A stretch of DNA of 64,000 bases from Vermamoeba vermiformis (taxonomy: Eukaryota): contig JBEWZL010000243.1 in NCBI GenBank assembly GCA_045837725.1, positions 62,001-126,000 on the forward strand, written 5' to 3'. The notes under the pieces were generated by a model that worked only from the letters and a program-made list of their open reading frames with translations, ran no database searches and was not told where the DNA came from. Made by a program: the position numbers and the translations under genes. Within the stretch, counting starts at the first letter, position 1, and every line of letters starts with the position of its first letter. Of this stretch, positions 61,387 through 64,000 are shown piece after piece.

Positions 61387-64000
61387 ATGAGTAGGTTTTG
61401 GTTTGCCATCTGGAAATAGCAGTATTAAATAAGACTAATCTTGATTATTGTAGGCAAAAGCGTAACAATTAAATTTAGGATAATTTATCAAACGTCCAAT
61501 GACCAGCAAGTGCTCGCTGTAGCAGGATCAGAAAGCTTTTGTGGAAATTGGGATCCTCAGCAAGCCTTCAAATTATCAAAAGTAGAAAATGGCGTTTGGG
61601 AAGGAACAATCAAATTAGATGGTACGTAAATATTAATATTTTAGATTTTTTACGCATTTTTGATATTTTTTTTGTTGGTTGAAACTTTGCAATTTCAAAA
61701 TCATCTGTATACCATCAATCTTATTCCAAAGACAGACAAATTTTAAATATAAATTGTCTTTACTTTACGATGCATACGAATTTCGATCTTTACGGTCCTA
61801 GAAGAAATGAATTTGGTTCTCTGAAAATTCAGATCTTGTTGTAACCTTGATTCGTTTAGAGCCGGAGCGTAAAACCATAGAATATAAGTACATCCTAGTC
61901 GGCGATAATGGAACTGTTACTTGGGAAGAAGGCGAGAACAGAATTCTCAACCTGGTCAAACATTACAGATCAAGATCTCTTATTAAGCTCGTTGATAATT
62001 GGAGAGTACGTAAAATATTATTAAGCCATGAGGCATATCTAATATAGTCGTATTATTAGGATAGCACGTTTAATCCAGATAAACGGTGGATCTTGCAAGT
62101 CAGCGAGGTGCATTTGAAAAATATTCCAGATGAAGCGCCCTTTAATACCTCCGACTTAGTATTATTCATTAATTATGGCAAACAAAAGCATAGCGCAGTA
62201 ATTAGGAAAGGAACGCACGCTGATAAATGGAAACAATTAGAATGGTTTTATTTAATTACGTCAGAGCAGCTCGAAACAAATCACGTGATATTCGAAGGAG
62301 ATGTGTCGAGTAATTTCGAGGAACAAGACAGTTTTGTTATTCCGATCAAATACGTGCTTCAGACGCTAGAGAACGAAAATACCAAGACCAATATTTATAA
62401 GCAAGAATTGAACTTATCAGTCAACGACGAGTTCATTTCAACGCTCGAAATTCACTTCAAGCTATATGAAGAGAGCGATATTGATAAAGAAATCGAAGAG
62501 GTTTACTTGGAATTAGAGTAAGATCCAGATCAAGTTTTGTAACGAAATTATTATAATTTACTAATTGTACTTTACTCATTTAGAGATATTCAAGAGCATC
62601 AAACTGACTTAAAGGTTGCGAAGAAGGCACGCGATTATTTAAAAGAGGTAATTTAACTTTCTTAACTTGTTCGAGCGGATTTACCTCTGGTCTGAATTTC
62701 TTACTTACAATTAATTATCCAAGGGCGAGCCTCGTCGTACTGGATTGGAGAAGTATCCATGGGCTAAAGATGATAATTATCCACCGCACGTTGGCCGATT
62801 AAAGTTCTCAGCTAAATGGGAGAACTTCCAGCTCGAATTCGCCTCGATATCCAAACTCGTTAAATTGTCGATTATTAAGAGCTTTAGAGGTTGCGAGAAC
62901 GATCTTCGCGAGCGCAATACGTTTGATGCGTACAGAAAGCCATTTGAACGGTACGAAATTTTATCAATTTTATTTTTTGTAACGAAATTATTTTGCTGGA
63001 AATTCTTAGTATTAATTATTGATCGCCCTGCATCATAGGTTACACAAATACGAGAAGTTTAGAGAGTTGTTTAAGCTACCGGATCCAGTCATTACAAGAG
63101 ATGAACGGTGGAAAAGTGACTATAAATTTGGCTTACAACGCGTTGGAGGATGTAATCCTTTGTTGATAGAGAAAGTAGGCAGTGCCAAGATTAGGTTAGT
63201 ATAGTATATATGTATAAATCGTCGTACTAACAGAATTGATTAGATCCGTACTTAATGGTGTTGATGAATCCAAATTGATGGTAGATCCGGCCAACAGCTT
63301 GAGATTCGAAGCAGATATCGAAAATAGATTCTATATGGTACTTATTCTATATTTATGGCATTCATAATCTCATTATTTCCTTGCAGGTCGATTACCGAGA
63401 AGTATTGAAGGATCTCATCGTTGCTGCAGGTGATGAGATTAAAAATCAACCAATGGTCCGACCTGTTTGTCTAATGCGCGTAGCTGATGACGATAAGCTC
63501 TATCCTGTTGCTATTCAATTGAACTGGCGACAAGATCTGCCGAACCCGATCTTCTACGCTGTGGATCAGAAAGACAATCCGGAATTATGGCTCTATGTAA
63601 AGATGTGGTACGTGTACAACAGCTAATACGCGTTAGAACGATCATATATTGAACAGAAGATAATATTTCCTTATTTGGCAATTCTTTGTAACGGATCTTC
63701 TTTAGGTTCCAAATGGCCGACGCAAACGTCCAAACACTTGGCTATCATACTGCATTAACGCACTTCATTGTTGAGGCTGTAACTGTCTGCGCGTATCATC
63801 ATTTGGATACTAAGCACCCGATCTTCAGGTACGGATGCTGCTGCAGAGAATACACTTGCACGTTATTTATCCACAATTATTTCTTAGAATTCTCAAGCCT
63901 CATTTCTACGGCACATTTATTTTGAACCAGAAGACGCGCACTCAACTCTTCCCGAACTATTTTGAACCTATTCTCGCGCTCGGTGCATCCAAAGAAGGTA
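61387..64000 (+). CDS. CBM20 starch/glycogen-binding domain + C2-like domain + lipoxygenase (3' end beyond window)
   Basis: CBM20: VTIKFRI..LAVAGS..GNWDP..VWEG..IEYKYIL..WEEGENR. LOX: WKSDYKFGLQRVGGCNP, LYPVAIQL, WLYVKMW|FQMAD, YHTALTHF, HPIFR|ILKPHF. Confidence 0.85.

Noticed and set aside
1-64000. CRISPR arrays, rRNA, transposase or reverse-transcriptase genes, alternative genetic code
   Set aside because: None seen. TAA, TAG and TGA all appear as stops, and conserved genes translate with the standard code.

Overview
AT-rich, gene-dense eukaryotic DNA with many short GT-AG introns, most consistent with a free-living protist (amoebozoan-like; this is inference). I reconstructed about 30 spliced protein-coding genes by hand. 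Conserved ones: 3' part of THOC3, TMEM199/VMA12, an HGSNAT-like protein, PX-RhoGEF-PH, a C2 protein, a cold-shock protein, a membrane RING E3 and a DUF1868-type 2H phosphoesterase. There are five tandem pairs and about ten F-box genes, several with unusual partners (SNF2 helicase, arrestin, eIF5A-like OB fold). The most striking signal is non-coding: a 141-nt minus-strand tRNA-shaped RNA (38819-38959) whose anticodon loop is replaced by a 73-nt three-hairpin domain. It keeps compensated tRNA tertiary pairs and has an upstream DUSE-like element and a T12 terminator. Other notable items: a tRNA-Ser gene inside the intron that splits a RING domain, a ~360-nt structured intergenic RNA candidate, an intronic pre-miRNA-like hairpin, a CBM20-C2-lipoxygenase fusion and a chymotrypsin-fold protease with a Cys nucleophile. 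All exon structures, folds and family calls were made by eye, without database searches or folding software.
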